Origin: Waterburya sp.
Lineage (GTDB): Bacteria; Cyanobacteriota; Cyanobacteriia; Cyanobacteriales; Xenococcaceae
Length of the DNA: 64,000 bases
Reading direction: 5' to 3'
NCBI GenBank assembly: GCA_965217895.1
Contig: CBDCJV010000002.1
Coordinates: 704,001 to 768,000 of the forward strand
The translations under genes were made by a program, and so were the position numbers. How positions within the stretch are numbered: the first letter of the stretch is position 1; each line of letters starts with the position of its first letter. Below the pieces are notes generated by a model. That model had not been told where the DNA came from. It saw only the letters and a list, made by a program, of their open reading frames with translations, and did no database searches. Of the stretch, positions 11,634 through 21,320 are shown in pieces.

Positions 11634-11770
11634 TAACCTGAGTTCGGGTTAAGACAATTGATCGGTTAAGGTAGCTATCAGCTTTTAGCTATTAGCCTTT
11701 AGCCTTTAGCTTTTTTAATCCCGTAAAAAATTACAATCTCAAGAAATCATACCTTGATTCACCAACGCCA
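11634..11770. repeat. Intergenic repeat mosaic (TTAGC-type short tandem repeats plus a MITE-like end)
   Basis: Palindrome taacctgagttcgggtta, tandem tttagc(c/t) units, and cataccttgattcaccaacgcc, which is related to 45298-45332. Confidence 0.5.
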
Positions 11771-11784
11771 ATAAAGTTTGTGAT

Positions 11785-12696
11785 TTAATAATCTTTGATG
11801 GGTGAGCAAATGTAGTTTTTAAGAACATCTAAAAAGGCAAAAACTGCTGGCGTGTGTAGAGCATCTTTTAACACTGCTGCTTTAATACTTCTCTCTAAAG
11901 GAACTGGCAAAGAATAAACTTTTAGCTCGCTGGGAACAGGTTCAGCAGCAAGCTGGGGCAAAATCGCGGCACCCAAACCTTGGATCGCCATACTGGTCAT
12001 AGCTGAGTCCTGTTTCATTTCATAGGCAATATCTACTGGTTTTAGCGATCGCTGTAAATATTGACGAATTTCTAGAGAACAGCTATTGTTAGCTGAAATG
12101 ATCAAAGGATAGGTTGCTAATTGTTCCCAAGTTAATTGGGTTTGGTTTAATTTTAGGCTGCGGGGCAACAGCACCACATATTCATCTCGATAAATTTCCC
12201 AGGCTTCAAACTCCTTAGAACAAGATCCATCGACTATCCCAATATCTCCTTGACCTGAACGCAAAATATTTTCAATTTCAAAATGCTCATCAACATCAAT
12301 AATGCTTACCTTGATCAAAGGAAACTGACGGCGAAACTGAGCAATTAATGCTGGTAATATATGAGTCGCTGCACTGCGAAAGGCTACCAGTCTCACATTT
12401 CCTCCCTTCAAACCTTTGGCTCGATTGGCTTCAGTTGCCATCTTCTGTAACAACTCTAGGATCTGTTTGGCTGGTGAGATTAACTGTTCTCCTACAGGGG
12501 TAAGATCTGCCCCATTACGACCTCGATGAAATAAAATTACCCCCAATTCTGTTTCCAAAGCAGCGATCGCATGACTGACTGCTGACTGAGAAATCTCTAA
12601 CTGTAAAGCAGCCTCGCTAAAATTGCTGTAGTCTGCTACTGCAACCAGTATTCGTAACTGTGAGATTTTTATTTTGTATGGATCGATCCCACTCAT
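11785..12696 (-). CDS. LysR family transcriptional regulator
   Basis: N-terminal HTH (FSEAALQLEISQSAVSHAIAALETELGVILFHR) plus substrate-binding domain; start taken at MSGID. Confidence 0.92.
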   Translation of the reverse strand: MSGIDPYKIKISQLRILVAVADYSNFSEAALQLEISQSAVSHAIAALETELGVILFHRGRNGADLTPVGEQLISPAKQILELLQKMATEANRAKGLKGGNVRLVAFRSAATHILPALIAQFRRQFPLIKVSIIDVDEHFEIENILRSGQGDIGIVDGSCSKEFEAWEIYRDEYVVLLPRSLKLNQTQLTWEQLATYPLIISANNSCSLEIRQYLQRSLKPVDIAYEMKQDSAMTSMAIQGLGAAILPQLAAEPVPSELKVYSLPVPLERSIKAAVLKDALHTPAVFAFLDVLKNYICSPIKDY

Positions 12697-12878
12697 AAGC
12701 TTAATTATAATCTCTACAGAATACATGATTGCGCTCTTGCTACAAACTATTGTATAAGCTATCTCCAGACCAGCTATTTAACTATTAGTTTTATTCATGT
12801 TTACTATGCACGCTTTGTTTTGTTTCCTTTAAATTCAATAGCTACAGTTGATATATAGAAAAAAAACGGAGGCAAAAA

Positions 12879-13121
12879 ATGAAAGTTCTCTTACAGCCAG
12901 AAGCTAAAATCTTGAACATAATTGCTTCAATTGGCAGTCTCTTCAAAAACATCGGACGCAGCTTAGTAACTCAAAAAAATGAGCCTCAAATTGAGCAAAA
13001 ACGCGATCGCTACGGCAACTTATATTGGCAGGTACAAGATTTTGCCACCAACAAAACTTATGAATTTGATTCAGATCGAGATGTAAGAGTCTGGATTGAA
13101 AATCGTTATCACAGCGTTTAA
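12879..13121 (+). CDS. Small hypothetical protein
   Basis: GGAGG RBS upstream; C-terminal motif WQVQD…FDSDRDVRVWIENRY resembles conserved cyanobacterial small proteins. Confidence 0.7.
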   Translation: MKVLLQPEAKILNIIASIGSLFKNIGRSLVTQKNEPQIEQKRDRYGNLYWQVQDFATNKTYEFDSDRDVRVWIENRYHSV

Positions 13122-13196
13122 AACCTTGTTGCAATTAGCTTGAAACAATTACAGGCAGTCCCCAAAAATTCAAAAATTATCACTTAGGAGAAAAAA

Positions 13197-13358
13197 ATGA
13201 TTTATTCCCAATCAAATACCAAACTATCGAATACCGCTGAGAATAAAGTTGTCTATCATGACAATAAAGTTTCCTGGTTTCAGAAATTTTGGCAGTTTAG
13301 TCTCTTTTATGGAGATTATCTAGCAAGCTTACACTCTAATAAAAAAAGAGTTGGTTAA
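13197..13358 (+). CDS. Small 53-aa hypothetical protein (not in ORF track)
   Basis: AGGAG RBS then ATG: MIYSQSNTKLSNTAENKVVYHDNKVSWFQKFWQFSLFYGDYLASLHSNKKRVG*. Confidence 0.55.
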   Translation: MIYSQSNTKLSNTAENKVVYHDNKVSWFQKFWQFSLFYGDYLASLHSNKKRVG

Positions 13359-13387
13359 TTCTAGAATAATCAAATCAAAACGCCACT

Positions 13388-13423
13388 AATCCCCAAGAAA
13401 ACAGCTATAGTTTTTTTGGGGAT
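13388..13423. terminator. Hairpin, probable bidirectional terminator
   Basis: aatccccaagaaaac…gtttttttggggatt inverted repeat between convergent genes. Confidence 0.55.
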
Positions 13424-13428
13424 TATTT

Positions 13429-14175
13429 CTATTTACCTCCCGCAACATCTATAAACGAACCTGTTGTATACGAAGCCTCACTTGACAATAACCATAAAAT
13501 TGCTCTTGCAACCTCAACTGCTTGTCCACCACGTTTCATGGGAATAGAGTTTTTTATGCGCTCTAGACGATTTGGTTCGCCACCGCCAGCGTGAATATCA
13601 GTATCGATAAAGCCTGGACGTACCCCATTTACCCGAATTCCTTCATTAGCCACCTCTTGTGCCAATCCTATTGTCATTGTATCCACTGCTCCTTTAGAAG
13701 CAGCATAGTCTACATATTCACCAGGTGAACCAAGTCGAGCAGCAGCAGATGAGAGATTTACGATAACTCCACCTGCTCCACCATGTTTGGTAGACATTCT
13801 TTTAATAGCTTCTCTAGCACACAAAAACAGTCCAGTAACGTTAACAGCAAAAATTCGGTTTAAGCGTGCAGCATCCATATTTTCAACTCGCATTTGCTGT
13901 TCTAAAATGCCTGCATTATTAACCAGTGCTGTTACCTTTCCTAACTGCTCATCCACCTGATTAAAGAGATTGATCGCATCAGCTTCTAGAGAAATATCAG
14001 CAGCTATGGCGATCGCTTTTCCGCCTAAGTTTTTGATATCATTGACAATTTTGGTTGCAGCTTCATGATTATGAATGTAGTTAACGCCAACAGCATAACC
14101 TCGTTGAGCAGCAAGATAGGCAGTAGCAGCACCAATACCACGACTACCTCCTGTAACAATTATAATTTTCTCCAT
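13429..14175 (-). CDS. Short-chain dehydrogenase/reductase
   Basis: TGGSRGIG, NNAG, YAASK motifs. Confidence 0.92.
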   Translation of the reverse strand: MEKIIIVTGGSRGIGAATAYLAAQRGYAVGVNYIHNHEAATKIVNDIKNLGGKAIAIAADISLEADAINLFNQVDEQLGKVTALVNNAGILEQQMRVENMDAARLNRIFAVNVTGLFLCAREAIKRMSTKHGGAGGVIVNLSSAAARLGSPGEYVDYAASKGAVDTMTIGLAQEVANEGIRVNGVRPGFIDTDIHAGGGEPNRLERIKNSIPMKRGGQAVEVARAILWLLSSEASYTTGSFIDVAGGK

Positions 14176-14242
14176 TAAATTCTCAAAGCAAAATCAAAAT
14201 TAAGCTAAATAGTAAACTGTCAGGCATTTATTTTATTAAAAA

Positions 14243-14602
14243 AGCTTTTAGCCTTTAGCTTTTAGCTTTTAGCTTTTAGCGCACAAAGCAAAGCTTTGAA
14301 GTCGTCTTACGACGATCTGCTCGTTCGCGCTGCGTTTAACGCGCCATAGCGCATTGCGAGACGCAAGCTGGAGCTTGCCGACTAAAGGCAAGGCGAGTTC
14401 GCAGAGCGAACTGTTGCGCGGGTTTCCAAGGGGCTGTGGGCGAAACCTGCGTCCGCCCTTTATAAGCCCCGTCGCGTTGAGTAAACTGTCGAGGGCGGGT
14501 TCAAGACCCCACCGTCTTCACGGTGTCTACGATCGCCCAATTGTTCAAGACTATGTTTGATCGAGCTAAGAGCTAAGAGCTAATAGCTGGGCGAAGCCCT
14601 TT
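14243..14602. repeat. Nested palindromic short-dispersed-repeat mosaic
   Basis: GC-rich island of many short hairpins bracketed by inverted (TTTAGC)n and (GCTAAGA)n tracts. Confidence 0.7.
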
Positions 14603-14669
14603 ATTAATTGACAATATGTCCAATTGTTTGTTTTAAACTTAATAGTAATTTATCGATCCACTATTTGAC

Positions 14670-15107
14670 GTGAGCCATCGCAATCCTGCACCAACTGTAG
14701 ATATTATTATTGAGCTAATAGATCGCCCTGGACGACCAATTGTTTTAATTGAAAGACAAAACGAACCTTTCGGCTGGGCAATTCCAGGCGGATTTGTTGA
14801 TTATGGTGAATCGATTGAAACCGCAGCCATTCGAGAAGCAGAGGAAGAAGTAAGCTTAAAAGTAAAGCTGATAGAGCAGTTTTATGTATATTCCGATCCT
14901 AACCGAGATTCTCGTCAACATACTCTGGCGATCGCCTTTATTGCAACAGCTAAAGGTGAACCTGTCGCTGCTGATGACGCGAAAAATTTAGGCGTGTTCC
15001 ACCAATGGGACTTGCCTCAAAACCTTTGCTTCGATCATGACCGTATTATGGAAGATTATTGGAATTATCGGCACTATGGCTTGAGACCGAAATTAAATAA
15101 GTCCTAA
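14670..15107 (+). CDS. NUDIX hydrolase
   Basis: Nudix box PGGFVDYGESIETAAIREAEEE. Confidence 0.92.
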   Translation: MSHRNPAPTVDIIIELIDRPGRPIVLIERQNEPFGWAIPGGFVDYGESIETAAIREAEEEVSLKVKLIEQFYVYSDPNRDSRQHTLAIAFIATAKGEPVAADDAKNLGVFHQWDLPQNLCFDHDRIMEDYWNYRHYGLRPKLNKS

Positions 15108-15108
15108 A

Positions 15109-15552
15109 TTATGTAGCAATAACTTTGGTCTTCAAACCAGCGATCGCATTTTCATTCACCGTCCCCAAAATATAAACATCAATTTCTATTTCTCCTAATA
15201 GATAAACCTGAATGTTTTGCAAATTAGTATCTAATACATTTATTAAAGCCTGATAGCGTTTTACTTCGGCTTTTTCTGGCTCATTGTGCCATTCTTGTTC
15301 GGTAATTGCTGAATCAAAAAAAGTCAATAAATCCTGTACTTCGACTTTGGTATCAGCAGGAACATTTTCTTGCTTTAGTAAGGTATCTAGATTCCAACTT
15401 TCAAGATTGTGCCAATAAATAACTTGCCAAGGATACTCAGCTTCGCTAAACCAAAGTAAGCCTTCGCAAGCTGTAGTTAATTCTTGAACCAATTGCCTAT
15501 TTGCAACGGACTCTGATGAACTTTGACTTTGATTGATATTATTATTTTCCAT
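15109..15552 (-). CDS. Nuclease A inhibitor (NuiA) family protein
   Basis: GLLWFSEAEYPW, FF, VYLLGEIEIDVYILG…GLKTKVIAT pattern matches the NuiA family. Confidence 0.8.
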   Translation of the reverse strand: MENNNINQSQSSSESVANRQLVQELTTACEGLLWFSEAEYPWQVIYWHNLESWNLDTLLKQENVPADTKVEVQDLLTFFDSAITEQEWHNEPEKAEVKRYQALINVLDTNLQNIQVYLLGEIEIDVYILGTVNENAIAGLKTKVIAT

Positions 15553-15655
15553 AATCTCAAAATTGAATTAAAACAAGCATTTTTTTGTCGCAATTATCAT
15601 TACTTTTGAATAGAATAAAAGCGATTAATTTGCATCTCTAGCTAAAGTTACCAAT

Positions 15656-16054
15656 ATGGCTAACCAAGAACAGATCAAACAAGCATCTGCTAAACTCTAT
15701 CTCAATTTAGACAATCCTCAGTCCGTAAAAAAACAGCTTCAGCGAATCAATCAAGCACAAAAAGAACTACACCAGCTTAAAGGCGAAGTAAATACTAAAA
15801 TACAAGAAGTCAATCAGCCCGCTAAGTCTTTTGGTATCGATGAAGCTGCATCGATTGGCTTACATATTTTTGGGCAACATCGTATTGCCAATCAGGTCAC
15901 TAAACAGGGTAATCAGGCTGAACGTAGGGAAAGAAATCAACAAAATAAAGCCAAACAGCCCTTAATTAGAATGCGCGAGCTAATTGATAAATATATCTTT
16001 GAAGGCGATCGCCTGAAATTGATGGCGGAGAATTATTTAAAAGAAAATAAATAA
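15656..16054 (+). CDS. Hypothetical coiled-coil protein
   Basis: 132 aa Q/K-rich ORF. Confidence 0.6.
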   Translation: MANQEQIKQASAKLYLNLDNPQSVKKQLQRINQAQKELHQLKGEVNTKIQEVNQPAKSFGIDEAASIGLHIFGQHRIANQVTKQGNQAERRERNQQNKAKQPLIRMRELIDKYIFEGDRLKLMAENYLKENK

Positions 16055-16099
16055 ACAATCATCATTTATCGGGCAGAGACTTAATATGTCATCAAGTTT

Positions 16100-17698
16100 T
16101 TATCTGCCCAACTTTTGTTTGATTTTACCTACCAGCAGATTTAGTTCAGGTAACTTTAACTGTATGGCGATCGCGCCAAAAATAATAATTGCCACCCCAC
16201 TAGCAGCAATCAATTCTATCAATAGCAAAAATAAATTGTCGTTACCCATTGTTCTTTCTAAACCTTGGCTAACTCCATAACTAGCAAATCCTGACACAGC
16301 AGTAGCGACAAATAAACCTAAAATACCTTTGACCCATGACCATAAAGGTAAACCATTTAAGCGACGATGTAAGATCCAAACAAAAATTACCATTGAAGTA
16401 ATATTTACTCCTACAGTTGCCATAATCAAACCTGGCGCACCAAAAGCTTCCACCAAAAAGTAATCTAAAACTGCATTGATAAAAATATTGATAATGCTAA
16501 TTTGAAAAGGCGTTTGTCCATCTCCTAAGGCATAAAATACTCTGATTAAAACATCTCTAGCCATATAAAAAAACATTCCCAAGCCATAAACAACTAGCAA
16601 GGAAGCGACAAATCGAGCATTATCTGAGTCAAATTGTCCTCGCTCAAACGCCAGCTTCACAATAGGCAGAGAGAGAGACATAAAAATCGCCGTGAAGGGC
16701 AACATACTTAGCGCACCGAGGAATACTCCCTGACGAATTCTCTCTTTTAATTCCTGCCAGTTTTCGGGGGCTGCTGCTCGAGAAAAGATAGGATAAAAAG
16801 GTACTAAGATGGCATTGGAAATAATGCCTAAAGGAGTAATAAAAATAAAAGTAGCACTCTGAAGTGCTGCTGCTGCCCCTGGTATACCCGATACAAAAAA
16901 CTGATCTACGTTGAGATTTACATATAGCATCCCCGATGAAAAAGTAGCGGGAATCATGACTTTGAAGACTTCCATTACTCCAGGGGTGTTTAAATGAAAG
17001 CGCAGCTTTAGCGTTCCCATCCCTGCTCGCCACTGAAAAATTAACTGTGCCAACCACTGTAAAATTGCTCCACCTAAAGTTGCCCCTGCCAAGACAGTTG
17101 CGCCAATCTGAAAGTATTGGGGTGTATTTAGCTGCTCACCAAATTTTAATAAAGCTACTGCAACTCCTGTGGCAATTACGGCACTGGAAAATAAGGGACT
17201 AATGCTAGGAAGTAAATAACTATCGACTGCATTGAGCGTACCAAAGCCAATGCCGATCAGCCCAGCAAGTAAAGCCATTGGTGCCATAATTCTTAGCTGG
17301 AGAATAGCTAGCCGTTTGGTTTCTATAGCTAATTCAGGTCCTAAAAGATCGATCAAGCTGCCCGCAAAGATAATAATTATAATTGTGACCGAGAGCAGCA
17401 AAATGCTAACTAGAGTAGAAACTGTCTCGACGATGGGTGCAGCTTCGGATCTATCTTTTTTGGCTAATACACTAAGCAATGCACTATGAAAAGGACCGTT
17501 GATTCCACCGATGAGAACGAAAAGAAAACCTGGGATAGTATAGGCATAAGCATAAGCATTTTTGACTGAGCCAAGACCAAAAGCTGTGTTAACTACTATC
17601 TCGCGGACAAAGCCAAACAGTTTACTAACCAAAGTTGCGATCGCAACAATTTTGGCAATATTACCAACGCTCGGTGATGATTTTTTATTTGCAGTCAC
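16100..17698 (-). CDS. murJ: Lipid II flippase MurJ (MviN)
   Basis: SKLFGFVRE, GGINGPFHSA, FERGQF, RVFYALGDGQTP; many TM helices. Confidence 0.93.
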   Translation of the reverse strand: MTANKKSSPSVGNIAKIVAIATLVSKLFGFVREIVVNTAFGLGSVKNAYAYAYTIPGFLFVLIGGINGPFHSALLSVLAKKDRSEAAPIVETVSTLVSILLLSVTIIIIIFAGSLIDLLGPELAIETKRLAILQLRIMAPMALLAGLIGIGFGTLNAVDSYLLPSISPLFSSAVIATGVAVALLKFGEQLNTPQYFQIGATVLAGATLGGAILQWLAQLIFQWRAGMGTLKLRFHLNTPGVMEVFKVMIPATFSSGMLYVNLNVDQFFVSGIPGAAAALQSATFIFITPLGIISNAILVPFYPIFSRAAAPENWQELKERIRQGVFLGALSMLPFTAIFMSLSLPIVKLAFERGQFDSDNARFVASLLVVYGLGMFFYMARDVLIRVFYALGDGQTPFQISIINIFINAVLDYFLVEAFGAPGLIMATVGVNITSMVIFVWILHRRLNGLPLWSWVKGILGLFVATAVSGFASYGVSQGLERTMGNDNLFLLLIELIAASGVAIIIFGAIAIQLKLPELNLLVGKIKQKLGR

Positions 17699-18017
17699 TG
17701 GATACAGATATTAGAAATAGAGTTCTCTCTAATCTTTTTTGCTGTGAATTTCATTGACTAATTCAGAGAAAAGAGACCGAGTCACTTTGAATAATATCCT
17801 AGTTAAACTATCTTTACCTTTGACGCTGGTTCTCAATTCTTGATAGCGATCGCCTTTTTGTAGTCTTTTCCGACTACGTTTATACTCAATCAAAAGTTTT
17901 TGATTGACAAGAAATTTATCAATTGGATAAATATGGTAAATCAGCAAAGCTCTAAGGTTTACGCCAAACTTAAACCTATTAAACAGGCGATAATTAAGCG
18001 AGCGTAGTTATCAAACA

Positions 18018-18704
18018 ATGACTAGTAAAAATTTTTCTCGACTGCCTCAATGGTTACAAATTTTACAGAAAAATAGAGCGATCGCCATAATTCGTTGCCC
18101 TCAAATAAGCCTCGCCTACAAAATGGCTCAGGCAGTGGCAGCAGGAGGAATGAACCTAATTGAAATTACCTGGAATAGCGAGTCAAAAGGCAAAGCTGAC
18201 CGAAGTTCTGAAGATTTGATTACCCAGCTACGGTCTGAATTGCCCCACTGTACTATCGGTGCAGGAACAATTCTCAACTCAGAGCAATTACAGGCTGCGG
18301 TTAACGCTGGAGCGCAATTTGCTTTCTCTCCTTATTTCAGTCAGGAGTTGCTTGATGTTGCTCAATCTCTTTATCAAATACCCTTTGTGCCTGGAGTCTT
18401 TTCGCCAACGGAAATAGTCAACGCTTGGCAAAGCGGTGCAAAGGCGGTTAAGGTTTTTCCGATCAAATCCCTTGGTGGTGCAGAATATATTAGATGTCTA
18501 CAAGGTCCATTGAGCCAGATTCCTCTAATTCCTACCGGTGGCATAACCCTAGAAAATGCCTCAAAAATGATTGAAGTAGGAGCGATCGCCGTAGGGATTT
18601 CTAGTAGTCTTTTCCCACCCCAGGCGATCGCTAATCAAGACTGGTCAAGTATTTCTCTCAGGACTAAATATCTACTTGACAAATTACAGGGTATTAAAAA
18701 ATAA
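18018..18704 (+). CDS. eda: KDPG/KHG aldolase
   Basis: IEITW, IGAGTIL, PGVFSPTEI, VKVFP, PTGGI motifs. Confidence 0.88.
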   Translation: MTSKNFSRLPQWLQILQKNRAIAIIRCPQISLAYKMAQAVAAGGMNLIEITWNSESKGKADRSSEDLITQLRSELPHCTIGAGTILNSEQLQAAVNAGAQFAFSPYFSQELLDVAQSLYQIPFVPGVFSPTEIVNAWQSGAKAVKVFPIKSLGGAEYIRCLQGPLSQIPLIPTGGITLENASKMIEVGAIAVGISSSLFPPQAIANQDWSSISLRTKYLLDKLQGIKK

Positions 18705-18728
18705 ATCTGCTCATCTAGACAACTAAAA

Positions 18729-18766
18729 GAGCAGTTATGAAAAAATCGAGCAGTTATGAAAAAATC
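18729..18766. repeat. Perfect 19-bp tandem duplication
   Basis: gagcagttatgaaaaaatc x2. Confidence 0.85.
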
Positions 18767-18781
18767 TCATCTAAAATTTTT

Positions 18782-18922
18782 TTAAAGATCGCCACCACGC
18801 AATGCTAATAAAAATATAACTACAGGCCCAGAGATCACAATCAAAGCTAGACAAAGCAGTTGAAAGATTACAGTAAAGTTGATATTACCAAAAACACTAA
18901 AAAGGTTGGTTACAAAGTCCAT
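18782..18922 (-). CDS. psb30: Photosystem II subunit Psb30 (Ycf12)
   Basis: Manual translation MDFVTNLFSVFGNINFTVIFQLLCLALIVISGPVVIFLLALRGGDL*; GPVVIFLLA.RGGDL is diagnostic; AGGAG RBS upstream. Confidence 0.93.
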   Translation of the reverse strand: MDFVTNLFSVFGNINFTVIFQLLCLALIVISGPVVIFLLALRGGDL

Positions 18923-19089
18923 TTTTGCTCCTAAAAGTTTATCAAAACCAAATCTATAAAAGTGGCTAAATCTTGCAAGCCATCATCTATAATACCTGGG
19001 AATTATCGGCTATTTCTAAGTAACGATACAAAAATACATAAACTTTTGTTGCGCTATACAAAGAGCGAAGCGTTACTAGCTTTTTTCAA

Positions 19090-19380
19090 AAGTAGCAGAT
19101 AGCAAGGAGCAAGTAGCAATTTTACCTCTCGTTAAAACAAGAGGATTGAAACAAAGAAATGTGTTTTATTTTTTTTCGTCTTTAAAGAGCGCAACGCGCA
19201 AGCGTTGCCAGTCGTCTTCGACGACGATCTGAGCCTGAAAGGCTCTGCGCTTTATACCAACTTCGGAGTTTTCTTAATTGCTATCTGCAGACGCGCCGAA
19301 GCGCTCTCGCCGTTGCGGAGCAACGTCGGCAGCCTCCAGGCTGCGCTACTTGCTACTTAACTCCGAAGGAGTTAGGTAAG
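19090..19380. repeat. Dispersed structured repeat, copy 1 (with nested palindromic insertions)
   Basis: Shares agcaagtagcaa-ttttacctct…accaacttcggag…ttaattgcta…tgctact…ctccgaaggag…ggtaag with 20226-20392. Confidence 0.75.
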
Positions 19381-19667
19381 CAGCACCTAAATATTGATTG
19401 TGAGGTGAAAATAAATTTTCTAGAGAAAAGTCGAGCAGAGAAGAAAATTACGTTTTAAATATTGGTTATTAAAAGCTTATTTTTTATACATATAGATAAA
19501 TTTTGGTAAAAACATTTAGCGGATAATTTACTTGATAACCAGAACAAATGTGAAGATCGTATAAAGTTCCTATTTTAATTGTTTAAATTTTGGCTGTGCT
19601 AAACTTTATTTTTTATACTACTTGAAGCACAGGGTAAAACTTAAAAGCTTTGCTTTAAGAATAAGAA

Positions 19668-20231
19668 ATGAAAACTAAATATTTATCGGCGTTGATGGTA
19701 ACGGGAGTGGTATCATCAATCAGCATTCGGGCGATCGCCGAATCATCAGATGCCCCTCAATTCAAATTTTCTTGCAAAGTAATCAATGGAATTCCTACTA
19801 CCCTAGCACAAGCTGTTGATAGCAAAGTCACTCAGCCAATCTTTCACTGGAAAAGTGAGGCGATCGCCTCTAAATCTTCCGCCACTCCCCAACAATTATG
19901 TGACAACGTTTCTACTCAGCTAGAGGAGTATTCTACAAGCGGTTACGATTTGTCACAAATCAGCTTTGTTGGCACTGAAGAAGAAGGAATTCCCTTGATT
20001 TGCGCCAATACTTCAGGTGGATTAGATTGCAGCAAAGTTTTGGTAACTTTGAGTGCTGCTAATAATCCTGCTGGTGTAGCTAGCGAGGTTGTAAACTCTA
20101 TTTTAGACAAAAATCTACGGCCAAAAGTATCCAAATCTAATGTCAGAGGTGTACAGTGTACATCCTACCAGGTTGATTTTTGGAGTTTGCTAGGTTTGGG
20201 GTTAAGTCCTAAGTTTCCTATTCACAAGTAG
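19668..20231 (+). CDS. COP23-like domain secreted protein
   Basis: Signal peptide, F-S-C, PTT, IFHW, TPQQLCDNVS, PLICA…C…VLVTL pattern. Confidence 0.7.
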   Translation: MKTKYLSALMVTGVVSSISIRAIAESSDAPQFKFSCKVINGIPTTLAQAVDSKVTQPIFHWKSEAIASKSSATPQQLCDNVSTQLEEYSTSGYDLSQISFVGTEEEGIPLICANTSGGLDCSKVLVTLSAANNPAGVASEVVNSILDKNLRPKVSKSNVRGVQCTSYQVDFWSLLGLGLSPKFPIHK

Positions 20232-20392
20232 CAAGTAGCAAGTTTTACCTCTTTCTTCAGAAAGAAGATTCCAATATTGAGTTGTGATTTGTTTCTTTTC
20301 GCCGTGAACGGCAAGGCTTTAGACCAACTTCGGAGCTTATTACTTAATTGCTACTTGCTACTCGCTACTTTAGCTCCGAAGGAGCTGGTAAG
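20226..20392. repeat. Dispersed structured repeat, copy 2
   Basis: Homologous to 19090-19380 without the insertions; overlaps the stop codon of the upstream ORF. Confidence 0.75.
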
Positions 20393-20631
20393 TAAGGAGA
20401 GCGACACGAATTTGAATTCATAATGTTTACAAAAAAAAATTGTTTCTGAGAGTTAGCCGTTGAAATTCGGCGATCGCTATGATTAAAATAGACTCAGCAG
20501 CAGCTAATCCAGCTTCAATAGTTATAAATAGTTATAAATTGCCTCTTTAGCTAAATGATTCTTTTAAGATAGAGACATAGCTATTGCTTGTACATAATTT
20601 AAAACCGAGCAAGAAATCATAGAGGTTAATA

Positions 20632-21210
20632 ATGACAATTAATTTGAGTAAAGGGGAAAGAATCTCCTTAGAAAAAGTTTCCCCAGGACTAAAAGAAATT
20701 TTTATCGGCTTAGGCTGGGATATTAATCCGACTGATACTGGTGGTGATTTTGATATTGATGCGTCAATTTTTCTTTTAGACAGTAGTGAAAAGCTGATCT
20801 CTGATAAACACTTCATTTTTTACAATAACCTTTCTAGTCCAGACTCAGAAAAGTCGGTACAGCAAAGGGGCGATAATCGAACTGGCGCAGGGGAAGGAGA
20901 TGATGAAATCATTGATATGAAGCTGAAGACTGTTCCTCCAGAAGTTGATAAAGTTGCGATCGCTGTAACCATTCATGAAGCCGATAAACGTCAGCAAAAC
21001 TTTGGTCAGGTAAGTAACGCTTTTGTACGCATTGTAAACTGTGAAAACGAAGAGGAAATCATTCGCTACGATTTGACTGAAGACTTTTCTGTGGAAACAG
21101 CCTTAATTATGGCAGAAATGTACCGTAAAGACGGCGAATGGCGTATGAATGCCGTTGGTGCTGGATATGGAGGCGGATTACAAGCTTTAGTAGAAAGATA
21201 TCAAAAATAA
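20632..21210 (+). CDS. TerD family stress protein
   Basis: GLGWD, FDIDAS, FYNN, GDNRTGAGEGDDE, NFGQV. Confidence 0.93.
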   Translation: MTINLSKGERISLEKVSPGLKEIFIGLGWDINPTDTGGDFDIDASIFLLDSSEKLISDKHFIFYNNLSSPDSEKSVQQRGDNRTGAGEGDDEIIDMKLKTVPPEVDKVAIAVTIHEADKRQQNFGQVSNAFVRIVNCENEEEIIRYDLTEDFSVETALIMAEMYRKDGEWRMNAVGAGYGGGLQALVERYQK

Positions 21211-21320
21211 GGGATAAAAGATGAGGAGTGAAGGATGAGGAAATACAAAAAAATTACTTTGCCTTTCTTCTCTTCTTCTATCTGGTGTAAAAACTAACAA
21301 CTAATAACTAACAACCAAAT

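Noticed and set aside
14354..14560. 68-aa ORF in the GC-rich intergenic island
   Set aside because: Lies wholly within the palindromic repeat mosaic; no RBS or recognisable motif.
14243..14602. Possible CRISPR array
   Set aside because: No constant-length repeats with unique spacers and no cas genes; the same holds for the other repeats in the window.
17729..17947. 72-aa minus-strand ORF upstream of murJ
   Set aside because: TTG start, no motif, located in a divergent promoter region; unsupported.
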